64,000 nt of DNA from Candidatus Zixiibacteriota bacterium (GCA_029860345.1 JAOUBJ010000011.1:64303-128302); one strand, 5' to 3'; shown: positions 39,246 to 48,127, numbered from the stretch's first letter. Numbers and translations: made by a program. Notes: generated by a model from the sequence alone, not told the origin.

Positions 39246-41435
39246 TTATCTGCGTTGCTTTCGTTTTTTCGACCGCCCGCCGGGACCGTGCGGAGCCGGT
39301 TTCTTGCGAGTCGACAAATCGGCCGGAAACAAGTCTATCTCGTGACGCTCCTTGTCGACTTTCATGACACCCACGCGGACACTGTCGCCCATCCGGAACA
39401 CCTGCCGCGTCCGTCGACCCACCAGGCGATATTGCTGTTCCTCGAACAGATAGTAATCATCATCGATTGACGATATTCGCACCATTCCCTCGACCCCCAG
39501 TTTGTCCAGCCGCACGAAGAAACCAAAACTGGTAACGCCGCTTATAACACCGGTGAATTCATCTCCGACATGTCTGGACATGTACTGCACCTGTTTGATT
39601 TTGATGGCGTCACGTTCGGCTGCTTCGGCTACCCGCTCTGTCTCAGAACAGTGTTTGGAAGCATGGTCGATCACAGCCGGGACCCTTTTTGCAAAGGCGG
39701 GTGCGTAGCCACCGTTTGAGAGTTGTCTCAACAGGCGATGCACCAGCAAGTCGGGATAGCGCCTGATGGGTGAGGTGAAATGCGTGTAGTGAGTAAAGGC
39801 CAACCCGAAGTGACCGATGTTGGATCGTTGGTAGACAGCTTTCTGCATCGAGCGCAGCATTAATTCGTTTATGAAATCCGCTTCCGGGCGGTTCTTGATC
39901 TGATCCAGAAACCGCGCAAACTGTACCGGCTTGATGTTTGGCGAAACCGGAAAACGCAGACCAAGCCGGGACATCATGGCCGAGAACTCTTCCATTTTTT
40001 CCAGGCTGGGTCGGTCGTGAACCCGATACAGAAACGGCAGGGCGCGACGAAAGACCTCAAGGGCCACCGCCTTGTTGGCCACCAACATGAACTCCTCGAC
40101 CAACCGATGCGCCTCCAGCCTGACGCGGTTGCCCAGTTCGATCACCTCCCCTGAATCATTAAGAATCAGCTTAGCCTCAGGTAGATCGAAATCAAGCGAA
40201 CCCTCATTAAATCGTCGCTTGCTCAGAAGATTGGCCAATTCGCGCGCCGTCTTTAGAGAATCAACCACGCGCTTAACCTTGGGGGGATGGTCTGTGGACC
40301 CATCGAACAACGCCTGGACCTCTTCGTAGGAAAGGCGCGCCCGCGACTTGATAACGCTGTCGGACAGTTTCCAACTCAGCAGCTTGCCCTTGAGGTCGAA
40401 CTGCATCGTGCAGGTGTGGGCCAGCCTCTTCCGGTTCGGTTTCAGCGAACAAACATCGTTGGAGAGAACTTCGGGCAGCATCGGCACCACCATGCCGGGA
40501 AGATAGACCGAATTGCCGCGCTCGAAAGCCTCACGGTCGAGGCTGCTGCTCGGCTTGACAAAGAACGAAACATCGGCAATGTGCACACCCAGGGTATATC
40601 CGGTTTTCGTCCGGACAATATTAATGGCGTCGTCGTGATCCTTGGCATCTTCCGGGTCGATGGTATAGATTATCTCTTTGGTGAGGTCTACCCGGCGCTC
40701 GAATTCTTCGTCGAGTGCACGACCGGCCGCCTGCTCCGCTTCGTTGAGAACGTCGTCGGGAAACTCGTCGGCCAGATTGTGATTGCGGATTACCGTCTTG
40801 AGGTCAACGCCCGGTTCACCGGGGAAACCGATCCGCTCGACCACTTTGCCTTCCGGATTGAGATTGGGGTTGGCCCAATGGGTCAGACGGGCCACCACTT
40901 TCTCGCCGTCCCTGGCTTTCAGACTTTCTCGCGCCGGGATGTAAAGTTCTCGCGGCAGCCGAGCGTTATCCGGCACCAGCGTGCAGAAGTTTTCCCCCCG
41001 GCAAAACTTGCCCACTATGTTTCGGTCGGCCCGCTTGAGCACCTTGAAAACCGAGCCCGCTTTTCGCTCACCCCGCTGACCGGTCAGACGGACCATCACC
41101 TGGTCGCCATCCATGGCCGTGAGCACCTGAGTCGGCGGGATCATGATGTCCTCAGTTTCACCTTCACGGATCAAAAAACCGGTGCCGCTGCGCGTCATCT
41201 GAAATCTTCCGGTGGCGATATTCATCTCATCGGCCAACCCAATGCGACTGCGTTTGAGCTTGACCAACTCACCGGAATCGAGCAACAGCTTGAGCAGATG
41301 GCGGAACTTCCGGTAATCCGGCTGGGGAATACTGAGCGCTTTGGCCAGTTCCTTGGCCTTCATCGGGTGATAGGATTTCTCTCTTATGAAATTGAGAATG
41401 GTCTTGGAATCGAACTTCATGTGGGCAAGATACAT
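39246..41435 (-). CDS. rnr: ribonuclease R
   Basis: 729 aa. Cold-shock-like N-terminal domains. RNB core ('IDPEDAKDHDDAI', 'YLPGMVVPMLPE', 'HFGLAFTHYTHFTSPIRRYPDLLVHR'). S1 domain and a basic tail. Alternative start at 41420. Confidence 0.9.
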   Translation of the reverse strand: MYLAHMKFDSKTILNFIREKSYHPMKAKELAKALSIPQPDYRKFRHLLKLLLDSGELVKLKRSRIGLADEMNIATGRFQMTRSGTGFLIREGETEDIMIPPTQVLTAMDGDQVMVRLTGQRGERKAGSVFKVLKRADRNIVGKFCRGENFCTLVPDNARLPRELYIPARESLKARDGEKVVARLTHWANPNLNPEGKVVERIGFPGEPGVDLKTVIRNHNLADEFPDDVLNEAEQAAGRALDEEFERRVDLTKEIIYTIDPEDAKDHDDAINIVRTKTGYTLGVHIADVSFFVKPSSSLDREAFERGNSVYLPGMVVPMLPEVLSNDVCSLKPNRKRLAHTCTMQFDLKGKLLSWKLSDSVIKSRARLSYEEVQALFDGSTDHPPKVKRVVDSLKTARELANLLSKRRFNEGSLDFDLPEAKLILNDSGEVIELGNRVRLEAHRLVEEFMLVANKAVALEVFRRALPFLYRVHDRPSLEKMEEFSAMMSRLGLRFPVSPNIKPVQFARFLDQIKNRPEADFINELMLRSMQKAVYQRSNIGHFGLAFTHYTHFTSPIRRYPDLLVHRLLRQLSNGGYAPAFAKRVPAVIDHASKHCSETERVAEAAERDAIKIKQVQYMSRHVGDEFTGVISGVTSFGFFVRLDKLGVEGMVRISSIDDDYYLFEEQQYRLVGRRTRQVFRMGDSVRVGVMKVDKERHEIDLFPADLSTRKKPAPHGPGGRSKKRKQRR

Positions 41436-41562
41436 GGGACGCTACAGGCTCGTCAAGCCATTTTTGGCACATTCGCGCCAAAATGGCACCCATAAATGGG
41501 TTTTTTACTGCTACGCACCCTGCAACTCTAGCGTGTGCCCGGCAGATGCTGGCGTGTGCCCG

Positions 41563-42248
41563 ACACGGTACCCCACCCAGAGCGTTTCGCGGCGGGTGGG
41601 TTTTCCGATGTCACGCTGCCAGCTGCGGCAGGTCACAATCCCCGCCTTCGGCGGGACTCAAGACCTGACACAACTCCGACACGCGGGATCGAAAGACGTC
41701 GCTGAAACAGTGCGCGCGGAGCGCGAAAAACAGGCTTGCCTGCTCAACCTGAGCGGAGTCGAAGGATGAAACCGCTCCTGTCTGTCGCAGGTGCTGTCAG
41801 GCAGATGGGTGGCACCCTCAAACCCGGTTTGGGGGTGACTCTGCACGTTGCGGCAGGTCTTGCGAATCAGCGTTAGCGGATTTGTGTGACCTGCCGCTCT
41901 CTTCTCGTAGGCACATCTGTGTCAGGTCACAATCCCCGCCTTTGGCGTGGCTCAAGACCTGACACAACTCTGACGGTCACCCCGAGCGCAGTCGAGGGGC
42001 GATTGTTCCGTGACCGGCAGATGTCCACATCTGCCGCCGTGTCATTAAACACGGTACCCCACCCAGAGCGCTTCGCGCCGGGTGGGTTCTCCGATGTCAC
42101 ACTGCCTGCCAAGTTCGGCGGCATCCCTCCTGCGGCGGACCTTCGGCGCAGGGATGCCGCCCTACTAAGAGAAGATGGATTCCCGCCTGCGCGGGAATGA
42201 CTAAATGGACATTAGTTAGGTGGGTCCGTCCTCGAACCCGCCGATTAC
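41563..42248. repeat. largest mosaic array of palindromic repeat units (array R6), in the divergent rnr/DUF401 intergenic region
   Basis: A ~52-bp unit occurs twice, at 41563-41614 and 42050-42099. A ~52-56-bp unit occurs twice, at 41629-41680 and 41919-41974. Also copies of GCGCGGAGCGCGAAAAACAGGCTTGCC (41711-41742), GAGCGGAGTCGAAGG (41745-41770, 41975-42002), GGTGGCACCCTCAAACCCGGTTTGG (41807-41835), GGCAGATGTCCACATCTGCC (42014-42038), GAAGATGGATTCCCGCCTGCGCGGGAATGAC (42171-42201) and GGTGGGTCCGTCCTCGAACCCGCC (42216-42248). Confidence 0.92.
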
Positions 42249-42432
42249 ACAACGTTGCGCGGGGTCCTTCTCGCCGCAGGCGGGTGAGACCCTGCGCGCG
42301 GAGGACCAGTTGGGTCACACTCCGCCACGGCGGACCAGGACCCAGCTGAATAGAGCGCCAGGGCAAACGACGACATCTGCCGCCCACGGCACATCAATTG
42401 ACAATCGCGGCCCATAGCCGTTTCTTCCCACA

Positions 42433-43710
42433 ATGGAAGCTGTCAAACTGCTCGCTCTGTTCGTTCTGATTGTCATCGCGCTCAGGTTCAAACTCTCGGT
42501 AGGCATTACACTGATCATCGCCGGACTGGCCACGGCGCTATTGTACGCGATACCCATCGGTCAATTGGCCGAAGGTTATTGGCAACTGGTGCAGTCGCCC
42601 AAGTTCATTTTCCTGACCTCGGTGGTGCTGTTGATCACGCTCATGGGATCACTTTTGAAAGAAGTTGGATACCTCGACAAACTCTCGTCGGCCGTTCAAG
42701 GATTGCACGGTGGGCAACGCACCGGTGCGATGGTCCTGCCGCCGTTGATCGGATTGATGCCGATGCCGGGCGGGTCGCTTTTGTCGGCGCCGCTGGTCGA
42801 CCGCGTGTTGAATGATCGGCGATACAAACCGGAGTTTCGCACCGTGACGAATTACTGGTTCAGGCATATCGCCGAGTTTGCCTGGCCGCTCTATCCGGGC
42901 ATTGTGTTGTCCGAAGCGATCACCGGTCTGCCGATTGGCGATGTAGCCTTGCTGCAACTTCCGCTGACCATCATGATGGCCATCATAGGTATCTTCTTCT
43001 TCATACGCACGATCCAACCGAGCGCCGCTAACTCGCACGGCACAGGCACGGCACTGATCGGAATTATCGGCGCGCTCTGGCCGATTGCATTGGTCATTCT
43101 CATTTACGGCATCGCCCGGATCGAACTGGCCTGGGCGTTGCTGATCTCGATTGCTGTCATGCTGATGGTGACGAGGCCTAAACGCGCGAACCTGTGGCGG
43201 GCAACCAAAGAAGGTTTGTCGTACAAACTCATCCTGCTGGTTTTTGGCGCGCTGTCATTTCAGACAACTCTTGAGTTGTCAGGTGCGATTGAGGCTATAC
43301 CGAGACTCTCCGCCGGGTACAATCTGCCCCCGGAACTGATCATCTTCCTCGTTTGTTTCGCAGCCGGCATTCTCACCGGGATGGTGGCCGCCTATGTCGC
43401 AATCGGCTACACAATCCTGGCCGGGTTGCTGTATCAGCACGGCATTGAGCCGGGCTATATCATGCTGGCTTACTTGTCCGGCTACTTTGGCATGATGCTC
43501 TCCCCGGCCCATTTGTGCCTGGTGCTCACCAACGAGTATTTCAAAGCCGACTTATCACTGGTTTACCGCCGCCTCGCCCCACCGCTGACCCTTTTGCTTC
43601 TGGGCGGCCTTCTGCTCTACTTTTCCGGATGGCCGGAGTTGTTCGGCGATGAATCGCTTTCTCGCGCTTCGCGCCTTTGTATCCTCACCCTGAGCGGAGT
43701 CGATGGGTGA
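42433..43710 (+). CDS. DUF401-family polytopic membrane protein (putative transporter)
   Basis: 425 aa with more than 10 TM segments. Family recalled from overall pattern, not searched. The last ~20 codons and the stop are encoded by repeat units (43650-43710). Confidence 0.55.
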   Translation: MEAVKLLALFVLIVIALRFKLSVGITLIIAGLATALLYAIPIGQLAEGYWQLVQSPKFIFLTSVVLLITLMGSLLKEVGYLDKLSSAVQGLHGGQRTGAMVLPPLIGLMPMPGGSLLSAPLVDRVLNDRRYKPEFRTVTNYWFRHIAEFAWPLYPGIVLSEAITGLPIGDVALLQLPLTIMMAIIGIFFFIRTIQPSAANSHGTGTALIGIIGALWPIALVILIYGIARIELAWALLISIAVMLMVTRPKRANLWRATKEGLSYKLILLVFGALSFQTTLELSGAIEAIPRLSAGYNLPPELIIFLVCFAAGILTGMVAAYVAIGYTILAGLLYQHGIEPGYIMLAYLSGYFGMMLSPAHLCLVLTNEYFKADLSLVYRRLAPPLTLLLLGGLLLYFSGWPELFGDESLSRASRLCILTLSGVDG

Positions 43711-43757
43711 ATCTACCGTGATGCGACCCGTCCCAAACAAGGCTTGAGACGTCCACC
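43650..43757. repeat. three repeat units spanning the 3' end of the DUF401 gene (array R7)
   Basis: GAATCGCTTTCTCGCGCTTCGCGCC at 43650-43675. TCACCCTGAGCGGAGTCGATGGGTGA at 43685-43710, which contains the stop. CCCAAACAAGGCTTGAGACGTCCACC at 43732-43757. Confidence 0.85.
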
Positions 43758-43766
43758 TGTCGAGAT

Positions 43767-44408
43767 TCAAATCAAGAAGGTCAAGTACAGACCCAAACTC
43801 TCACCGTCGATCTTCACCGGGGAATCACCAAAACCGTATTCGATCTTCGTAATTCGTCCACTGACACAGAAGCTTTGGTTCCACACATAGCCGATTTCCC
43901 CAAAATAGCCCAGCGCGTTGTCAAACTCAAATGTCAGATTATCGAAATCTTCATCAAAGGTCGGATTCATGTGATAGGTAAGACCGGCGCCCAGGCGAAG
44001 CTTGTCGCGTTGGTAGAAGAGCGAACCTTCCAATGGATGCCGTGAGAACTTGGAATCCAGATCATCAACATCAGCGGTCCGGTCAACCAACCATCCCAGG
44101 GTCAATTGAAGCCTGAGTGGTGTCTTTTTGATTCGGAAGGCTGCACCCAGATAAATATGAGCCCTTCCCCCGGCGGTAACGCTTGCGCTGCCTTCAGTAT
44201 ACCCCGGGACTCCCTGAGTATAGATGTAGGTGCGGTATTTAGCCAGTTTATCGCCACCAGTGGTCAGAGCCCCTCCGAGCACGATTTCGAATGAGCGCGT
44301 CTTTTTTGCGTGAGCGTCCTCAGCACAAGGAGCTAAGGTGGCGGTGGCTATGATAAGAAAGTAGACTACGATGACGATGGCTCTCTTTTGCATGAAGCGA
44401 CCTTTCAA
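43767..44408 (-). CDS. small outer-membrane beta-barrel protein (OmpW/porin-family-like)
   Basis: Signal peptide 'IVIVVYFLIIATATLAPCAEDAHA'. About 8 amphipathic beta-strand segments. Alternative start at 44393. Confidence 0.55.
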   Translation of the reverse strand: MKGRFMQKRAIVIVVYFLIIATATLAPCAEDAHAKKTRSFEIVLGGALTTGGDKLAKYRTYIYTQGVPGYTEGSASVTAGGRAHIYLGAAFRIKKTPLRLQLTLGWLVDRTADVDDLDSKFSRHPLEGSLFYQRDKLRLGAGLTYHMNPTFDEDFDNLTFEFDNALGYFGEIGYVWNQSFCVSGRITKIEYGFGDSPVKIDGESLGLYLTFLI

Positions 44409-44590
44409 GTTCTGCTATGTCGGGCATGACCAATATAGCACGCTGCAATCTCTTGTCCTCGTACCCCGCTGCAGGGGTTGAATGCAATATAGGGAATGGT
44501 TCACGTCGGGGCAAAGTCTTCCTGTCATGGGTAGTGCAAGGATTATTGTGTAAATTGGGGATTGGGGTTTGGTTTGAGTTTTCTAAGTGA

Positions 44591-44619
44591 TTGACAAAGA
44601 CGACAACAATGGCTATATT
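44591..44619 (+). promoter_or_regulatory. candidate sigma70-type promoter
   Basis: TTGACA (44591-44596), 17-nt spacer, TATATT (44614-44619), about 110 nt upstream of the ATG at 44732. Confidence 0.45.
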
Positions 44620-44731
44620 AACCCAGTCCCGCATCTGCACACAATGCGGAATCTATGACAGGCAATTGAATAGTACTAGCATGCTAACGCATTGGACTTA
44701 AGTACCATCAACCCTCTTGTAAGGAGAGTGA

Positions 44732-46060
44732 ATGTCTAAACCTTGTGACCTCACCATGGTCCCATCCCCGTTTGGACCAATTCTTCCCCGCAAACTTGCC
44801 CCACTGATTGTCCTGCTGATGTTGTTCACCGGCGGGGCGCGATCTGCCGGCGAACAGGCTGTTCCATTCAACGCTACCGAGGACCAGCTTGCCGGCGACT
44901 CGGAGGAGGCTCAGACAACAGTGCACAATGTCAACCAGCCGCCGGAGTTGTCGCCGCTCTCAAACGTCACTGTCGACGAACTCGCCACCGTTTCATTTGC
45001 TGTGGCCGCGACCGACAGCGACGGCCCCCCACCGCTATTGACCAGCTCCGCCCTTCCGGGCAGCGCCACCTTCGATGATCTCGACGGAGACGGCATCTAC
45101 ACTTTTGAGTGGATCACCACCTACGATGATTCCGGCTCCTACGATGTCACCTTTTACGCCACCGACGCCGACTTCCCAGCCGATGTCGACTCGGCCGAGG
45201 TAATCATCACGGTGAATGACGTCAACCGAACACCGTGGCTGCTAGCCCTGCCAAACCAACCGGATTCGGTCATGGAGCTTGACACAGTGCATTTTTCGAT
45301 CCTGGCCTGGGACGATGACGGTTCTATCCCCTATATCACGCTCGAAGTCAACGGCACCGGCGGCATGCTGCCCAACATGGAATTCGATCTAACCTGGGAC
45401 GGTACGTTCCAAAACGGTCTGCTGACCTTTATCCCCGACTACAGTCAGGGTGACGACAGGCCGACCTTTGTGTGGATGAGATTCTATGTATTCGATGAGT
45501 TTGATGTTAACCTTACGGACACCTCGGGAACTCAGACGATTAGGGTATATAACCGCAACCAGCCACCTGTGATAGACCCTGTGGCACCCCAGACGATTGC
45601 AGCCGGTCAGTTGTTTCATTTTGCCATATCGGCGACCGATCCTGACAATGATTCTTTATCCCTTACCCTGGATAACATGACCGCGGAGGCTGTCTTTGTG
45701 GACAGGGGTTGCGGCGCTGGTAGTTTTGAGTGGGTTCCGAATCCAAGCGACACCGGTCTGCATACTCCTTGGTTCCTTGCCTCTGACGGCATTATGGTAG
45801 ATACCATGGTTGTTGAGATCACGGTTCAGTACAATGGCTGCTGTATCGGAATCCGCGGTAACGTCGACGACGATGGTGGCGATACTATCGACATTTCTGA
45901 CTTGGTCTACCTGGTGGACTTTATGTTCATCGGTGGACCGGCGCCGCCTTGTTTTGTGGAGACCGATATGAACGCCAGTGGTATGCACGATATTTCTGAT
46001 CTTGTGTACCTGGTTGATTTCATGTTCAGTGGAGGTCCAACTCCGGTGGCTTGTCCGTAG
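44732..46060 (+). CDS. secreted protein with cadherin/Ig-like repeats and two C-terminal dockerin-like repeats
   Basis: Repeated 'NQPP(E/V)...V(A/T)..(F)..ATD(S/P)D' segments ('VNQPPELSPLSNVTVDELATVSFAVAATDSDG', 'NRNQPPVIDPVAPQTIAAGQLFHFAISATDPDNDSL'). C-terminus carries two copies of 'DISDLVYLVDFMF(I/S)GGP(A/T)P'. Confidence 0.65.
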   Translation: MSKPCDLTMVPSPFGPILPRKLAPLIVLLMLFTGGARSAGEQAVPFNATEDQLAGDSEEAQTTVHNVNQPPELSPLSNVTVDELATVSFAVAATDSDGPPPLLTSSALPGSATFDDLDGDGIYTFEWITTYDDSGSYDVTFYATDADFPADVDSAEVIITVNDVNRTPWLLALPNQPDSVMELDTVHFSILAWDDDGSIPYITLEVNGTGGMLPNMEFDLTWDGTFQNGLLTFIPDYSQGDDRPTFVWMRFYVFDEFDVNLTDTSGTQTIRVYNRNQPPVIDPVAPQTIAAGQLFHFAISATDPDNDSLSLTLDNMTAEAVFVDRGCGAGSFEWVPNPSDTGLHTPWFLASDGIMVDTMVVEITVQYNGCCIGIRGNVDDDGGDTIDISDLVYLVDFMFIGGPAPPCFVETDMNASGMHDISDLVYLVDFMFSGGPTPVACP

Positions 46061-46079
46061 GGGTCGGCAAAACCGAAAA

Positions 46080-46179
46080 CTGGATTCTGGCCTTCGCCAG
46101 AATGACAGATAGATGTGCTCGTGCTTCGACTGCGCTCAGCATGACATGATTCTGTGGGCGGCAGACGTCCTCGTCTGCC
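46080..46179. repeat. short repeat cluster (array R8)
   Basis: CTGGATTCTGGCCTTCGCCAGAATGACAG at 46080-46108. CTTCGACTGCGCTCAGCATGACATGA at 46124-46149. GGCAGACGTCCTCGTCTGCC hairpin at 46160-46179. Confidence 0.85.
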
Positions 46180-46624
46180 CCTGGTTTGTGCCCGTGTGAT
46201 CTTCAGATCGCGCGGGAGGGCACTACGGCAAAATGGGTTCGTTTGTGCCCTTTTCAAGTTTGCATAATAGGACTTGTAGCGATTCTGAGCGTTTTTCCAT
46301 TCGACGCGCACCTCTATCAATTCTATTCTTATCAATATCTGTGTTCATTGGATAGGTCCTTTTACCAACCAGTGTGCACAGGTATCTTGGTGGGTGTTGG
46401 TAGGGTATTTGTGGGGGGTTGCCGGGGTTTCTGGTTGTCATTGTGGATCGTTTGAGTTACATTGTGCAAAGTCAGGGTCCCTGTTGTTCGACCTTGAGAT
46501 CTGGAGGCGAATCTAGGACACTTGGCTGGAACAATAGAAGTGTCTTAGCCCAGTAAATATCAAAGGAACGATTACGGACAGTTGGTGGGACTTAGGTGAA
46601 CACAGTGGTTTTCGTGGCGGCAAG

Positions 46625-47254
46625 TTGGCTTTGTACCAAATCACCTGCCCACTTTCCATGGAAAGAAACAACTTCAAACTGGCATTTCACGCGGAGAAGA
46701 AGAAAGCCAATTCACAGAAGAAACTGAACTTTGACACCCTAGAGTGTGGCAATTGTACCGCATATGTTCTGGTATTCTGGTCTGCCAGCGAGACTGCCTT
46801 TGACGGAGTTCACGATTATCGGGTTCTGCCTTGGCCACTCAAATATGAGAAGTATCCTGAACACTGGCCAGATGAGGTCGGACGATTCTGGCTCCAGGCC
46901 AAGAGGAGTATTGGCGATGAGAATTGGGACGCTGCCGCTGTTATGGCAAGAAGCGCGCTGCAAATCGTATTGAGGGGTCACGGAGCTAGCGGAGCTAACC
47001 TTAAGCAAGAGATTGAAGATTTAGCCAACAAGGGGGCCTTGCCACCGATTATGAAGGACTGGTCCGAACACGTACGAGACCTCGGTAATGAGTCCGCTCA
47101 TCCGAAACCAGACGGTCCGCTCACGAGTCCTCAGGATGCCAAAGACATTGTGAGTTTTCTAGATTACCTTCTTGAGTACTTGTATACGTTGCCTCATCGT
47201 ATAAAAATGTACAGAGAGCGGTCGGGTCATGAAGTTAACAAAGAGCCACGATGA
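46625..47254 (+). CDS. DUF4145-domain protein (HEPN-like superfamily, as I recall it)
   Basis: 'AAAVMARSALQIVLRGHGA...LKQEIEDLANKGALPPIMKDWSEHVRDLGNESAHP...AKDIVSFLDYLLEYLY' matches the DUF4145 pattern (R..GN..AH). TTG start at 46625, alternative ATG at 46658. AT-richer than the flanks by eye. Confidence 0.65.
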   Translation: MALYQITCPLSMERNNFKLAFHAEKKKANSQKKLNFDTLECGNCTAYVLVFWSASETAFDGVHDYRVLPWPLKYEKYPEHWPDEVGRFWLQAKRSIGDENWDAAAVMARSALQIVLRGHGASGANLKQEIEDLANKGALPPIMKDWSEHVRDLGNESAHPKPDGPLTSPQDAKDIVSFLDYLLEYLYTLPHRIKMYRERSGHEVNKEPR

Positions 47255-47376
47255 CCAAGTGGGCTTAATCCAGTAGTGTGTCCGCACAGGGGTCTTGTCG
47301 AAATCCGCCTCAGGCGATCCTCTCGGACGAGGGGTCTCACATGGTGGGGACCGATGTCAAAAAAGTCACATTTTGA

Positions 47377-47404
47377 TTGCACTTTACCGATATGATAGTA
47401 TAAT
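47377..47404 (+). promoter_or_regulatory. candidate sigma70-type promoter
   Basis: TTGCAC (47377-47382), 16-nt spacer, TATAAT (47399-47404). Confidence 0.4.
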
Positions 47405-47420
47405 GAGTGTATCTATTACC

Positions 47421-47478
47421 CCATCCGCTTCGGCGGTGGGTGCGGGGTCGACCCGAAAGGGCGACCCCTGTGTTTTTG
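47421..47478 (+). other. two tetraloop hairpins plus a U-tract (structured leader, attenuator or small RNA candidate)
   Basis: Hairpin 1 at 47421-47439: CCATCCGC-TTCG-GCGGTGG. Hairpin 2 at 47444-47468: GGGGTCGACCC-GAAA-GGGCGACCCC, followed by TGTGTTTTTGT. It ends 1 nt before the NYN ATG. Confidence 0.4.
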
Positions 47479-47479
47479 T

Positions 47480-48127
47480 ATGACAAGTCAGCAAGTCATT
47501 GTATACATAGACGGGTTTAACCTGTATTACGGTGCGGTCAAAGGAACGCCGTTTCGCTGGCTTAATGTCGATGCGCTTTGCAGGCAGCTCTTAAGACCCA
47601 CTGACAAACTGAATGCGATCAAGTACTATACTGCTCTGGTTAGTGCTCGGCCAAATGATCCGCAGGCACCAAACAGACAGCAGATGTATCTGAGGGCTCT
47701 TGAGACAATCCCTCATCTCTCGATATACTACGGTCACTTCCTCTCACATGCGGTGCGAATGAGGACTGTTTCGAGCTTACAACCGGGACAGACAGCGCAG
47801 TATATCGAGGTGATGAAGACTGAAGAAAAGGGCTCGGACGTCAACCTAGCCACACACTTGATTCATGACGCTCATCTAAACAGATTTACTCTGGCTATCG
47901 TAATATCCAACGATTCTGACCTGATTGAACCGATTCGGATTATCCGCTAGGAGCTGGGAAAACAGGTCGGTGTTTTTAATCCACAGAAACAAAGAAACCC
48001 CAGTGTAGAACTCATGAGGAACGCTGATTTTGTTAAGAACATTCGGACGGGAGTTTTGCGACTCTGCCAATTTCCCGAAGTACTAACTGACTCGGTAGGT
48101 TCGTTCCATAAGCCGTCGGCTTGGTAA
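47480..48127 (+). pseudogene. NYN-domain (LabA/PIN-like) ribonuclease gene interrupted by an in-frame TAG at 47948-47950
   Basis: 'VIVYIDGFNLYYG' and 'EKGSDVNLATHLIHDAHLNRFTLAIVISNDSDLIEPIR' are NYN acidic motifs. My translation past the TAG in the same frame gives 'ELGKQVGVFNPQKQRNPSVELMRNADFVKNIRTGVLRLCQFPEVLTDSVGSFHKPSAW*'. This looks like the normal C-terminus of this family. Confidence 0.7.

Noticed and set aside
40287-41495. 402-aa ORF on the + strand
   Set aside because: It is entirely antisense to the strongly supported RNase R gene. The sequence is Arg/Gly/Leu-rich and low-complexity with no recognisable motifs, as expected for open antisense frames in GC-rich coding DNA.
41563-42248. 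Possible CRISPR array
   Set aside because: The units are heterogeneous families in mixed orientation with irregular spacing. There is no constant direct repeat or unique-spacer periodicity, and no cas genes are in the window.
42097-42387. Short ORFs inside repeat arrays giving peptides such as 'VIPAQAGIHLL' and 'SFPRRRESIF'; also 23227-23421, 29885-30136, 31679-31930 and 61128-61490
   Set aside because: These are translations of the palindromic units themselves. The same peptide motifs recur wherever the repeat occurs, in either orientation. They are not genes.
47948-47950. TAG as a recoded sense codon (stop-codon reassignment or programmed readthrough)
   Set aside because: TAG terminates several well-supported neighbouring genes at their expected ends, for example at 1554-1556, 3297-3299, 17940-17942 and 19903-19905. 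A nonsense mutation or sequencing error is more parsimonious.
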